Of a DNA stretch of 64,000 bases, positions 12,851 to 25,847 are shown in pieces. Within the stretch, counting starts at the first letter, position 1. Every line of letters begins with the position of its first letter. The notes below the pieces were generated by a model that was given only the letters and a program-made list of their open reading frames with translations, was not told the origin of the DNA and did no database searches. A program made the position numbers and the translations under genes. Source of the DNA: Octopus vulgaris (Eukaryota); contig OX597827.1 of assembly GCA_951406725.2 (NCBI GenBank), forward strand, positions 44,268,001 to 44,332,000. Direction: 5' to 3'.

Positions 12851-13172
12851 AAAAATTTTTAAATATAAAAAAATTTAAATTTTAAATTTTATATTTTTTA
12901 TATATATTATATATTATATTAATTATATTTATTTTTTGTTTTTTATGTTTTGGTTTATGTCTATCACTGTTTGAGTTGCCTAATAGTGGTTTTATCTCTA
13001 ATTTAATTTATATATATATATATATATTCCGAGAGAGAAGGTGGGAGGGATATAGAAAGAATGAAAGAGAGAAAGAAAGGAAAAAAGAAAGAAGGAAGGA
13101 AGGCAGGAAGGCAGGAAGTGAGAGAGTGACAGACAGACAGACAATCAGACAGACAAACAGACAGACAAACAT

Positions 13173-13255
<83 letters not shown>

Positions 13256-13256
13256 T

Positions 13257-13299
<43 letters not shown>

Positions 13300-13868
13300 C
13301 CATGCCATTTATTCCACTCTTTCGATTCATGATTATCCTTTCAGTATTTTTCGTATTATTTTGTAATATCTCCAATGTTTTTTGTTTGTTTTATATATTT
13401 TATTTTTCTTTGTTACATTATTTGGAGAAGGATCTGTTGTGGTGTTGCTTTTACTTCCGGCTTTTAAAAATTTTTTACTTTATTTCAAACATTCTCTAGT
13501 TCAAATAACTTCGTTATGTTTTCTATAATTTTCTTCTAAATGTTTCCATTCTCTCTCTCTCTCTCTCTGTCATATCTCTCCCCACCTTCTCTCTCCCTCT
13601 CTCTCGTTCTCTCTCTCTATCTTTCTTTCCTTCTCTATCTCGGTCATAATTTGGCTGATACAGTTACTCTATTTGACTTGTTACTCTTGATTTTCCCCGA
13701 CACTTTTCCGTTTCCCCAGGCAAGAAAAGACTAGATCATGTATTCCCTTCCCGTACGATAAGCCGACGGATCATCAACGAAACTCTAGAATAACAGGCCA
13801 GTGAATGAGGTTAAATAATCTATTGCACTTTACTATAAAGTAATTTCACACCCTTTCATTGAAACCAA

Positions 13869-13970
<102 letters not shown>

Positions 13971-14332
13971 TGTATGTATAAATATGTGTGTGTGCGTGTG
14001 TTGTATTATAATAGGGTTGCAATTTGCAGCGGTTACTAATCGATGCAGTGAAAATATGTGTAGGTCTATGTGAAGTTGTATATATTAAAAGGAATTAAAG
14101 GTAATGCTATGCCACTTCGTAATAATCTTTATTATTATTATTATTGATATTATAATATCCAGGAAATCTATATGGTTAAGGTAATAAATTTAGAATTATC
14201 CAACGGAATATATCTCTAAATTCTTAGCTTATGAGAATTATTATTGGATATATATATTAACTGTTGACTAATGCATTTTGAATACCGTGAGCCAATCGGT
14301 AAATGTTTGGAGAAACCCCTTACTAATTTCCT

Positions 14333-14404
<72 letters not shown>

Positions 14405-14409
<5 letters not shown>

Positions 14410-14634
14410 CGAACCCACAAGAGAAAACAAGAGAGACAGAGACAGGCAGAAACAAGGAAAATGCCACGTGTATTTGAACATTATGCAAATATTCTCTTTA
14501 AAAAACTTTTCTTTTAATTTTTCCAAAATTTAATAGTCTTCCATACTTACATTTGAAAAAGTCTCAATGACTGAAACCGGCACTGGAATGTTTTTTATAA
14601 AATTATTTTAGCATTTTCTATCTTGACTTTTTTT

Positions 14635-14640
<6 letters not shown>
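14405..14640 (+). mobile_element. TA-flanked pLTR-like fragment with decayed HHR
   Basis: ttTGAAAA-AGTC-tcaat-GACT-GAAACcgg at ~14552-14582. Confidence 0.4.
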
Positions 14641-14689
<49 letters not shown>

Positions 14690-14739
14690 TTGGTGAATTG
14701 AAGAAATGGAGCTGAACGAAGATTGAACAGAAATCGTTT

Positions 14740-14832
14740 TATTTCATTCTACACGTGTTTCGAAAGGCACAATTTACCAAAATCCGATTGAATAATGAAA
14801 CCATATTGTGTCTTTCTCTTCAGGAAGAAATA
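14740..14832 (-). ncRNA. Type I hammerhead ribozyme in the 3' pLTR (sense to the ORF)
   Basis: TATTTCTTC-CTGAAGA-GAAAGACACAAT..ATTGTGCCTTTC-GAAAC-ACGT-GTA-GAATGAAATA. Confidence 0.9.
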
Positions 14833-15463
14833 GGAAATCCGTTGGAAAAAACAAAAACAGAACAGAGGCGGAGCAAAACAAATCGAACTAGGCTCCTAAG
14901 AGCCCATGGCAAAACTGTTTATCAGTGTATGTTGAGAACCGGTGGTTGAAGATTTTGACGGGTCAGGCAGCGGTAATTCCTGTGGGTGAGGGTGTGTAGA
15001 TGTTCTTTGTGACCGAGAATAAAGTTCTGACTATTTAAGGAATATTGGATGTTTTATAAGGGGCGAGAAAAAATCTACTTAGAGACATGTGTGTATTTAC
15101 TGTTATATATATGTGTGCTGGCGCAGGTTGTCAAGACCTCGGTCAAGGGGTAGAAAACATTTTTTGTGTACGTGTGTGCGTTTGATCGCTCGGCTGTCAG
15201 TGGTTAAGCCGCTCTACACAATGGCTACAACAGTAAGAACCGTTGGGTGGCAGAAAAAAATATATTATGTTTTATGTGTGCGTGAGTTCGTCTGAACTGC
15301 CTTGTCAAGGAAACCCCCCGTCGTCAAAAAACAAAAAACAAAAAACAAAGCCCCGTTTATCTTACAGGAGTAATTCCCCTTGCAGTGGTTAATCGTAATT
15401 ATCTTAAAGGCTATTTCAGAATTTGTTACCAAGGGCTATGGGTGCAGGTATTATTTATAAACG

Positions 15464-17998
15464 CTATTTAAAAGCCAGATAAGTGTAACGCCGCCAATGG
15501 GGGCATCGAAAAGCCGACTGTAAAAGTCCGTTTACCATTCGGCCTCCGGCGAACAAAATATGGAAGAGTTCGGAGACACAAAGGTTGCACTTCCTTCTGC
15601 CCCTATCAAATGGGAGGGCCACCGACAAAATTGACCATTCCAGCCTGTAGCTTGAGTTCGTATCCTTCAATCGCCATATTAGCTTGCTGAGTCCCGTGGT
15701 CTGGCGTTTGTTCATGTCCCGAAAAGTTGCGTAATGATTGGAGATTCGCAAAGCCAATCTTGACGATGAGGCCCCTACATAAGTGTAGACATCTGAGTCC
15801 GTGTAAACCTTGCATTGGTAGACGGCGTTTCTGATCTTGGAGTTCGCCGACGTGAATCTTATTCTGCTAGGATTAGTTTCTGAAATTAGAACTGCGTTCC
15901 TGTCACTATATTTGTTACGAGAACTGCAGCCGCTTACTACTTTATTTTCCACTACGTCACTATTAACTAACGGAATAACCCCTGATTCTCCACTATCTAT
16001 CAGAGTGCTGTCATTGCTAGTGCCCGTGGTGCTGCTATTGCGGGAAATGATGCTGGGGTTGCTATTGGGGCTCTCTACCCTACTCCCATTGTTACCGTCA
16101 ACCACAACACCCCTATTTATAACCATACCCCTAGTGTGTACTCCCTGGCTGGAGCTGAGATTATGTGTCACTGTACTGGCTCTCATATCATTATTACTAC
16201 TATAATTATTCCTACTGAGCATTAAACCGGGAGCGGAAGAGGCTGTGCCTCCGGAAAAAGGTGATAGGGTTTTAGTAAGTAGCCTATTATTATGGGAGGC
16301 GATTATCTGGGCGAGGTTTTTAGTGTTGGAGAAAGCTATCCTAACTTTATGCGAGTTAACCGTGGAGTAATATTTGGAATTTCTGGGGAAGTTATTGGCG
16401 ATGGCTTGTCTAAACATGAGGGGGAGGTTAGTTCTAATCTGCTTACCAAAGGGAATTACAAACCATATATGCTTATTCCTATCTGTGTGATGGATCGGGA
16501 CGCCAGCTCTCGCATTCGGGTGGGTGATTCTCGCATGAATAACGGGTTTTGGGTTAGTGTGAGATCTCCCGGACCGATAAATATCCTTGTTCGCTAAATT
16601 AAATGCGGGAGCGACTGCCCCAGTACCCGCCGCGCTCCCGTCCCTACTTAAATTGTTTATGTTATTATAGACGGCCCTATCCTGATGACCGAATGATGGC
16701 ATCGGAAGGGCCGGATCAATATAAATTACCTTCTGCCTATAACCGGCCTTGGATAGTGCGGCGTTATAAAATTCCGCTTTCTACATAAAAATATCGGCAC
16801 TGGCGGACAAGCCAGACAATCTTAGAGAGATGTTTTTAACCAAATTGTCTGTTACGGTTTTGGCATGATTTGAGAAGACACTGACATACTTCAAATTAGT
16901 GGAAGGCTTATGGTAAGGGCAGTATGAGTCGCTATTAAGGTTAAGTGTAACGTCTAGGAAATTAGCCTTGGTGAGTTCATTATCAAAAACTATACTCATG
17001 CCCATTCTATTAAAAAACCTAGCTAACCTGCTCTTAGTTTTCTGCACTATTCTGTTCGTGGTGTTTTGCAGGTAAAACAGACAATCGTCACGATACAGGC
17101 CGCCCGCGATCTCCGGGAATTGGTCGGACAATTCGTAGAGAATATATATTCCGACCAAATCGGCTATCTGCGCACTATCCGAACTACCCATAGGCACATC
17201 AAATTCATTGGGAGTATCTTTACGGATCCACAACTTATTATCAAACTTAATAAACGATTTCCTCGCAACTAAAATGATATCTATCTCTTCTCTGGTGAGG
17301 CCAGCCTTGTTGTGAGCATGCCAAAGGGCCTTATTTAGCACACTAGGGTTAATCGAGGGGTAGAAGCTGGCGATATCAAACTGAATGAACCTAGTACGGT
17401 TCTTATTGGGGATGGAAGAGAACCACTTCACTACCTGCGAGGAGTTGGCCCAGAGGCTGAGCTTCAGCTTGTTTACTAATCTAGGGATATATTTATCTAA
17501 AATGTACTTACTGATTATCCCGATATCAGAGCTAGCAGGGCATATGAGTCTTAGCGCTGGGTTGGTGTGGAAGTTCGGTTTATGGTCCTTCACTATAAAT
17601 CTGGGTTGCTTAGGGCTAAGCGGCTGAGTTCTCATTTGAATTCGGTGTTTAAATATTATTTCCTTAATTTCCAAGTTTACCTTCCTCAGGGTACTCCAAT
17701 TGGTTTTTCTATAATTTTTCTTGATCTCTTTACCGAGTAAATCTAGGTACTGCTTAATGGGTAGCTTGTATGTGTTCCTGGTCTTGTCGGACTGGACCAG
17801 GACTCCGTCCGTTCTATTAATGTCCTTGGTAATTTTATCTAGGTATCTGAGGTGGGCATTTCTCCTGGGTGACTTCCTGAACTTAATCTTTCTAACTATG
17901 TCCCACAAGTCGTCCTCAAACTTCTTCAGTCTTGGGTTAGGCGGCGGCGTATCCAATGTTTTAAAAAGCCGGCCGTATTCGGACGATGCTGTTGTCCG
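15464..17998 (-). pseudogene. PLE reverse transcriptase / GIY-YIG endonuclease ORF with one in-frame TAG at 16783-16781
   Basis: FEDDL, SDKT, KDHKPNF, FDIASFYPSI, PMGS, LYRDD, FLDVTL; after the stop the frame continues KAEFYNAALSKAGY into the 412-aa ORF with AVYQC..YVG..R..H..W.IL..CNLC..E. Confidence 0.93.
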
Positions 17999-18062
17999 GG
18001 AGCCTAGTTCGATTTGTTTTGCTCCGCCTCTGTTCTGTTTTTGTTTTTTCCAATGGATTTCC

Positions 18063-18155
18063 TATTTCTTCCTGAAGAGAAAGACACAATATGGTCTCAT
18101 TATTCAATCGGATTTTGGTAAATTGTGCCTTTCGAAACACGTGTAGAATGAAATA
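18063..18155 (+). ncRNA. Type I hammerhead ribozyme in the inverted 5' pLTR
   Basis: CTGAAGA 18072-18078, GAAA 18134-18137, predicted cleavage after GTA at 18145. Confidence 0.9.
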
Positions 18156-18384
18156 AAACGATTTCTGTTCAATCTTCGTTCAGCTCCATTTCTTCAATTC
18201 ACCAATAATATTTTAATTTCAATTATCCGCACCAACGCACGGTTGCAACACCATATGGTTGTACCTCCAACCGTGCTGTCTTCTGCTGTGATTTTTGCTA
18301 CCAAGGTATCGGTTAAACTTTTGATTAATCTGCTACAAGATTATTCATCTTTCTATTTCACATAATATATATATATATATATAT

Positions 18385-19050
18385 TAGTGGAAAGGCTTAT
18401 AGCCAATCTCTTGTTATAATTAGGTATACAGTTATTGAAATATTTGTTATAATTACGTATATATTTATTAAAATATTTGTCAAATTTACTATAAGGTTTT
18501 TATTTCCGCGCTGCGCCCCTGGTAAAATCATTAATTATTATTATTATTATTATATATTTGAAAATTTACTCTTTGATCAAAACTGCATTCACTGCAGAGT
18601 ATGTTTTGATATACGACACGTGATTGTAAAAGAGAGATGTGAATTCTACTTTACTGTATATTTCTACGAGTGTATATATACATATATATATTGCTGTACG
18701 ATGTCGCTGCTCGTACATGTATGTGTAGATTCTCCTCTATTTATACTATGGAATATCGTTGCTGATGAGACCAGTATTTTTTTTTTTTTTTTGCTTTAAG
18801 CTTGAAACAGGATCTTGTACACGGTTAACCAAAAGTTTAATTCATTATCTTTCTTTTGCCCAACTACAACCCGTGTTTTATTTTTCGTAGTTTTTGAGGT
18901 GGTAGTAGCGTCTTTTGGCGTCTATTTTCTAGAGCGTGGAGAAGCTTATAGCCAATCCCTTATAATTATGTATATAATTATTGTAATATTTGTAAAATTT
19001 ACCTATAAGATTAATATTTCCGCGCTGACACCCTGGTAAAATCATTAATG
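18385..19050 (+). mobile_element. Direct-repeat element (~115-150-bp repeats, ~515-550-bp period) with decayed HHR
   Basis: gcttatagccaatc...ccctggtaaaatcattaat occurs twice; CTGATGA(18762)...GAAACagga(18804). Confidence 0.6.
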
Positions 19051-19062
19051 ACTTTCACCCTT

Positions 19063-19078
19063 TATTATTATTATTATA

Positions 19079-19147
<69 letters not shown>

Positions 19148-19151
19148 GTTG

Positions 19152-19212
<61 letters not shown>

Positions 19213-19232
19213 GATTATGATTATTATTATTA
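19063..19232. repeat. (TTA)n microsatellite
   Basis: Directly visible. Confidence 0.95.
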
Positions 19233-19308
19233 TATACATGCATGCATACATACATACATATGTACATATGCATTTATATTTATGCATACACACATGTGCG
19301 CGCACCCA

Positions 19309-19344
<36 letters not shown>

Positions 19345-19887
19345 CAATAAAAAAGTACGTGTAAAACAGCTGTAGTGAACCACAATCCATCTGTTGTTAT
19401 TTGTTTATTATTTACCTAACTCGGATTACCTTGGATCTGGAGTCTACTGAGTGCAGTACAATTGGTGCAGTGCTTGTACCCATGTGCAACTTTGACGACT
19501 CGTATATTCAGTCGGCCATTCGTGATTGTACGCACAACCGGAGTACAAATCCGTGTTTACTTTAATAAGCATGCATTTGTCTTCAAATATTGTTTGTACG
19601 CGAAAGCGATATCACCGACCTGACCTTGATGCTTTACTGTCTAATTATCTGTAGAGAGCAATTGATTGCTTCCAGTCTCTTGAGTTTCGTGTCTGGTCCC
19701 AGCATGGCATCACAAGGCAAACAAAACTTGCTGTGTACCGTACTCATGTGAGACATGAACCCTTTGCAAAAGTCATGTAAAGGTTCTTGGTCACGAATGA
19801 ACGGTCATCATGTATGCGTATACATACATACATACATACATACATACATACATACATACATGCATGCATACATACACACATATATAT

Positions 19888-19914
<27 letters not shown>

Positions 19915-19918
<4 letters not shown>

Positions 19919-20029
19919 AAAATACAAAAATGGGACAAGAACGCAAAACATCCAGATAGACGAAACAAAGAAAACAAGGACGCATGATTCGGAGTTTTCT
20001 TTCCTCAGTCGAGTTCAGGATTATTTTTG

Positions 20030-20033
<4 letters not shown>
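19915..20033 (-). mobile_element. TA-flanked pLTR-like fragment
   Basis: cgaCTGAGGA on the minus strand; resembles the 2205 and 50177 family. Confidence 0.45.
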
Positions 20034-20072
<39 letters not shown>

Positions 20073-20119
20073 CTTTGCTCTTAAGAGTTAGGTGGTGTAG
20101 CATATCTTCTGCTCAAGCA

Positions 20120-20362
20120 CTATTGACCACCTCATCTCTCCTCCTCTCATCCTTTTTGTTACCTCCCCTTTACCCGCAATAACTACAAACATAGTCCATC
20201 TTCAATCAGAATGCCGACTCTCTGGAATATTCTTCCTGCATGCGTTGACCTGTCTGCAACATTTCAAACGGAACATTTATAGCATCGAACTCAGCATTTT
20301 CGGAGAGCTTACAAGGGCCGTAGGTACTGCTTTTTATTCAAGACACGGCCAGTAAAAATAAA
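20120..20362 (+). mobile_element. CR1/Jockey-like LINE 3'-end relic
   Basis: Translates to ..R..TLWNILP...TFQ/K, a typical ORF2 C-terminal motif; ends A-rich. Confidence 0.45.
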
Positions 20363-20949
20363 ATGTGTGTACATGTATGTATGCTTGTGTAAGCTGCTAA
20401 TTATGTACGTTAGTAGGCTGGTAGTTAGGTTGCTAGGTATGTAAGCAATTCACGACTCGTCTACCAGTTATTTAGAGTCTCGTAACAAAGAAAGTGCGTG
20501 TATTACCAACCAGATTTTTCCGGTGAATTAACACTTGGCTGCGTTCGACTTGATAAGTGGTTCTTTATTTAGCGTTGGTAAACTTGATTTTAACAGGATA
20601 AGCGGATCGCATGATGAAAACTGTTGGAGACTACGAGACATTATTCAATTGTAAAGGCGTTTCTATCATGGAGGCAAATTCGGCCAAGAATAACTTAAAC
20701 GAGTTAACTCCCCGAATTTATCTGTCGTTATTTTCGGAGTCAATTGGTTGGAATTGATCCAAAATATATTTTCTATGACTGCAATTAGAGATCATTTCGA
20801 TACACAAATGCCTTTTGACAGATTTCTTTTTCACCTTTCCAAGTTTGTAGTATACAGAACTACGCTCACTCCATCGAATGACACTCAGAAAAACTATGCT
20901 AGACGTAGCATCATCATCACGGTTTCCCTTAACTGATGTTGCCAGTCAT

Positions 20950-21150
20950 TGGAATGCCACTCCAGATGCTTTCATAGTCGTCACCATGAGTTGCAGATTC
21001 GCTATATTATGACCTATCCATTCCTTGATATTGTCGAAGCAGGATTTTCTGTCTACCTCTGTTTCTTCCTCCCTTAATTCTGCTCTGAAGAATGGTTTGG
21101 GGCAGGGAGTTTTGACTGGATGCATGTCCGTACCACTAATAATTTTAAAA
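20950..21150 (-). mobile_element. RTE-like LINE 3'-end relic
   Basis: RKSCFDNIKEWIG resembles the RTE ORF C-terminus (RK.W.DNIKEW). Confidence 0.6.
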
Positions 21151-21239
21151 GATGTTACACCTGAGATCTGTTCTGAAATAGAGGGTGTGTGAGTTTGTGT
21201 GAGTTTGTGCGCGTTTATGTGTGTATGTGAGTGGGATAG

Positions 21240-21437
21240 ATAGATAAGTTTCTTTATTGGCCACACAGGGCTGGACACAGATGGGGCAAGTTACAAGGTA
21301 AAGCTTTTCTTTTGGGGGATGAAAAAAAACAAAAAACAAAAGAAACAAAAAAAGGGGTGGCGTAGGTTTTCGATCAAGAGGGATCGTAAAAGGGAAGAAA
21401 AGAACAAAAAAAATAAAATAAAAATAAAAAAAGAAGA

Positions 21438-21440
<3 letters not shown>
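21240..21440 (-). mobile_element. Tx1/L1-like LINE 3' UTR in (GATA)n
   Basis: Homologous to 48548-48700; AATAAA on the minus strand; GATA repeats on both sides. Confidence 0.7.
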
Positions 21441-21520
<80 letters not shown>

Positions 21521-21579
21521 TGCCTATCTTCCTACTAATATGCAGAAACACACTTCAATATATCTTTTCCAGTACCTGT

Positions 21580-21675
21580 TACGCCCTGGGATCGATATAA
21601 TCGACGTAATCCCTTTGTCTGTCATTGTTTGTCCCCTCTTTGTTTAGCGCCTTGTCAGCGAAAAAGAAATAGATG
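21580..21675 (+). mobile_element. SINE family C 3' fragment
   Basis: Matches 27920-28014. Confidence 0.75.
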
Positions 21676-21808
21676 TACCTGTCTATCAATCAATTTACAC
21701 CTACCTTAACTCTCTATATATCTATCCACATATGAATCTGCCTATTTACCTGTCGATTTACCTATCTATCAATCAATCTACTCTTACCTTACCTATCTAT
21801 CCATCTAT

Positions 21809-21858
<50 letters not shown>

Positions 21859-22222
21859 ATATAGTTATTTGTCTATCTGTATATTTATCTGTCAACTCTA
21901 CCAATCTCCCTACCAACCCACCTACCTATCCTTCTGTATCAGAATCTTACCATTTTACCGTATTCTGTTTCCTGTAATCCATTATCTCGTTCGGCCTTCT
22001 GTTCTTCTAACACATCATTGTCTTTCTGCCTGTCCCCTTTCCCCGACATCCCTTCCCACTACCCCCACTTCTCTACATACCTTCTTTCTTTCCCCCCTTC
22101 CTTTCTTTCCTCTTTTTTTTCATAATTTCCTTTTTCTTTTACCCTATATTTTTTTCCGCCCCTCTTTCTACCTTTCTTTCCCGCTTTTGTTTCTTTGTTT
22201 GTGTATGTATGAATATCTGTGT

Positions 22223-22259
<37 letters not shown>

Positions 22260-22449
22260 GATATATGGATGGATGAAAGGAATGGCAGAATGTATATTCT
22301 TTCATTCCCCCTCTAAATACATTCATATCCTTCCTCTCCTTGTTTCCCTTTTCCTTCCTTTCTTTTATTTTTATTTCTTTGTTTTTCGTTTTGTTTCATT
22401 TCTTTTTTAAATCTTCATAATCTTACTTTAATATATCTTACATATTATG

Positions 22450-22558
<109 letters not shown>

Positions 22559-22661
22559 GTATGTATGTATATATATATATATGTATATATATGTATATAT
22601 ATATATACATACACATATATATACATATATATTATATTATATATATACATACATATATATT

Positions 22662-22692
<31 letters not shown>

Positions 22693-22697
22693 CTTAT

Positions 22698-22733
<36 letters not shown>

Positions 22734-22950
22734 ATATATATTTATAATTATATTTATATATACACACACATATATATACATACATACACACATATATACG
22801 CATATATGTTCACATATATAGATACGTATACATGTATACATGTACATTGATAGATAGATACGTAACATTTATATACACGCACACATATGTGTGTATGCGT
22901 GTATGAATGTATGTTTATATAAATACATTTTAGCAATTTTGTATGTATGT

Positions 22951-22994
<44 letters not shown>

Positions 22995-23159
22995 TTTCTT
23001 TCTTTACCTTAATTCCGCCATAGTTTCACAAGAAATTTCCAAATGGAATAAACATCCAAATTCCCGCAGTTCTTGACAATAAAAAAATATATATAAATTT
23101 TATTTCCACTTTAGCAATTCACTTTGGCTGACGAGGTGAGAAAAAGAGGAAACGGCGCA

Positions 23160-23481
23160 GATGTTGCTAGCGATGCTGGTGGCGATGGTGGCGATGGTAA
23201 TTCTGCTAGCAATTGTTGTTGTAGTGGTGCCGCTGCTGGTGCTGGTGCTTATGGCGGTGGTGGTAATGATGGTATTTGCAGTAGTGCTGGTGGTGGTGTT
23301 TTTGTTATTGTTGTTGGTGCTGGTGCTGGTGGTGATGGTGGCGGTGGTTGTGGTGGTGGTGGTGGCGGCGGCGGCGGCGGTGGTGGTGGTGATGGTGGTG
23401 GTGGTGTGGTGGTGATGGTGGTAGTGGTGGTGGTGGTGGTGGTGGTGGTGGTGGTGGTGGTGGTGGTGGTGGTGGTGGTGG

Positions 23482-23512
<31 letters not shown>

Positions 23513-24460
23513 GCTGGTGCTGGTGCTGGTGCTGGTAGTGGTGGTGGTCGTGGTGGTGGTGATGGTTTCGCTGGTGGTGGTGGTGGTGGTGAATGTGGTT
23601 GTGGTGGTGGCAGTGATAATGATACTGATGATGAAGATGGCGGTGGTGATGCCGGTGCTGGTACTGGTGGTGTTAGTGATGACGGTGGCGGTGCTGGTAG
23701 TGGTGCTGGAGATGGTGCTGGTGGTAGTGGTGGCGTTGGTGTTGGTATTGTGGTACTGGTGGTGCTAATTCTGATGGTGGAGGTAGAAATGGTGGTGGTG
23801 ATGGTGGTAGTGGCGTTGATTGCGATAGTGGTGGTGGTGGTGGTGGTGGTGGTGGAGTATTGATGGTGATGATAAAGATGGTGGCGGTGGTTTGTTGTAG
23901 TAATGTTAGTAAAGGAAGTCGAGGCGTTGGACCGATGCTTGAGGCTGGGAGTCGTGTGATGACAGTAACAAGTGATTACGCTGTGCTCCGCGGTGGCGGA
24001 TTAAATATGGTGGTGGTGGTGATGGTGTTAAGGATAAGAGTAGTTGTGTCGTGGAGGGGTGGGGAGAAGTAGTGGAGGAGGATATGGGGGATAGTGATAG
24101 GGGTAAGTGTAGTAAGGGCAGTAGCGGCGGCGTTTGTGGTTATGGTGGAAGTGGCGGGTGTGATGATGATGATGGCGGCGGAACGGCTGTGACGGTGGAT
24201 GGGGCAGTAGTGGTGGTAGTTCGTGGTGGTGGTGGTGGTGGTGGTTGTCGTCGTCATGGCGATGGCGGCGGCGGCGGCAGTGGTGGCAGTAGTGGTGGCG
24301 GCAGCGGTGGTGGCGGCAGCGGTGGTGGCGGCAGCGGTGGTGGCGCAGTGGTGGTAGCGGTAGCGGTGGTGGCGGCAGTGGTGGTGGCGGCAGCGATGGT
24401 GGCGGGGGCGGTTGTAGTAGTTTCTGTTAAATTAAAATTTGCCGGGAGGAACAATACATT

Positions 24461-24550
<90 letters not shown>
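23160..24550. repeat. GGT-rich low-complexity tract ending in (CAG)n(TAG)n
   Basis: Directly visible. Confidence 0.9.
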
Positions 24551-24644
24551 ATTAGTAACCCTTGTGAAGTTTGTCAGCCAGGCTCCAAGAATGTGGGTAC
24601 TCATGTATAGGTGAGTGCTGAATACTAGCTAAAAAGAAGATAGA

Positions 24645-25060
24645 GCTTCCCAAACCTAATTAGTTCTGAGTTCAGTCCTGCTGCGTGGCACTTTGGGCAG
24701 GTGTCTTCTTTTATAACCCCGTGCCAACCAAAACCTGCGCGTAGAAACTGAAAGACCGTTGTCGTATGTGTGTGTGTGTGTGTGTACATACATACGTATG
24801 TACGGATGTGAATACACATATGTATATGTAGTGTGTGTGTGTGCGTGTTTGTTTTTGTTCCACACCGTCGCTTGACAACCGACGTTGGTTTGTTTACGAC
24901 CTCGTAACTTAGCGGTTCGGCAGGAAGCGAAGAAAAGAATAAGTATCAGACTTTTTTCGAGAAAAAGTATCGGGTGGGGAGCGATTCGTTCGTCAAACGT
25001 TCTTCAAGGTGGTGCCTCAGCATGGCTGCAGTCCAATGACTGAAACAAGTAAAAGAATAA
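24645..25060 (+). mobile_element. SINE family A, old copy
   Basis: Diverged but collinear with the adjacent copy. Confidence 0.85.
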
Positions 25061-25091
25061 AAGATTTTTAAAAAATAAATAAATATATATA

Positions 25092-25262
25092 GGCGCAGGA
25101 GTGGCTGTGTGGTAAGTAACTTGCTAACGAACCACATGGTTCCGGGTTCAGTCCCACTGCGTGGCATCTTGGGCAAGTGTCTTCTGCTATAGCCCCGGGC
25201 CGACCAATGCCTTGTGAGTGGATTTGGTAGACAGAAACTGAAAGAAGCCTGTCGTATATATG

Positions 25263-25299
<37 letters not shown>

Positions 25300-25510
25300 T
25301 TGTGTGTCTGTGTTTGTTCCCCTAGCATTGCTTGACAACCGATGCTGGTGTGTTTACGTCCCCGTCACTTAGCGGTTCGGCAAAAGAGACCGATAGAATA
25401 AGTACTGGGCTTACAAAGAATAAGTCCCAGGGTCGATTTGCTCGACTAAAGGCGGTGCTCCAGCATGGCCGCAGTCAAATGACTGAAACAAGTAAAAGAG
25501 TAAAAGAGTA
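25092..25510 (+). mobile_element. SINE family A, young full-length copy
   Basis: ggcgcaggagtggctgtgtggtaag...gactgaaacaagtaaaagagtaaaagag; near-identical to 31613-32045. Confidence 0.95.
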
Positions 25511-25795
25511 TATATAAATAGCAAAAACTAGTGGTTGGGTCACAAGGAACGGATGTGAAACCCAGAATTTGTTGGTTTTTATAAGATGAACATGAAGCAG
25601 AACTGATAGGAAAGTGAGAGTTGTCGATCGTCTCAAATAGCCTGACGCAATGTAGATTGCTAATTTGCATTCAGCTAGGAACGTCTTGCTTAAAACTATG
25701 GCAAACGAAGTGAGCGTAACAGAGAGAAACTCTAAATAATTTGATCATGAGAAGACTGCGTAATACAGACGTGTTTGTTTAGGGATAAACTTGCG

Positions 25796-25847
<52 letters not shown>

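Larger units (their letters stand above)
14683..18364 (-). mobile_element. Penelope-like retroelement (probably Naiad clade), 5'-truncated, with inverted pLTR, inserted in (TA)n
   Basis: RT + GIY-YIG ORF; 214-bp inverted repeats 14683-14896 and 17999-18212 with 2 mismatches; ~150-bp tail to 18364; (TA)n on both sides. Confidence 0.95.

Noticed and set aside
16781-16783. Selenocysteine recoding, as reported for some Naiad PLEs
   Set aside because: The interrupting codon is TAG, not TGA, and is not at a conserved Cys position
15837-18146. Plus-strand ORFs inside the PLE
   Set aside because: Antisense shadows of the RT/EN frame with no recognisable motifs
19400-20940. Non-repetitive stretches as exons (also 3800-4290, 37200-37700)
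   Set aside because: No open frame with recognisable motifs or convincing paired splice sites
23124-24604. Gly/Val/Pro/Thr-rich ORFs (also 63246-63885)
   Set aside because: GGT low-complexity DNA with no domain or splice evidence
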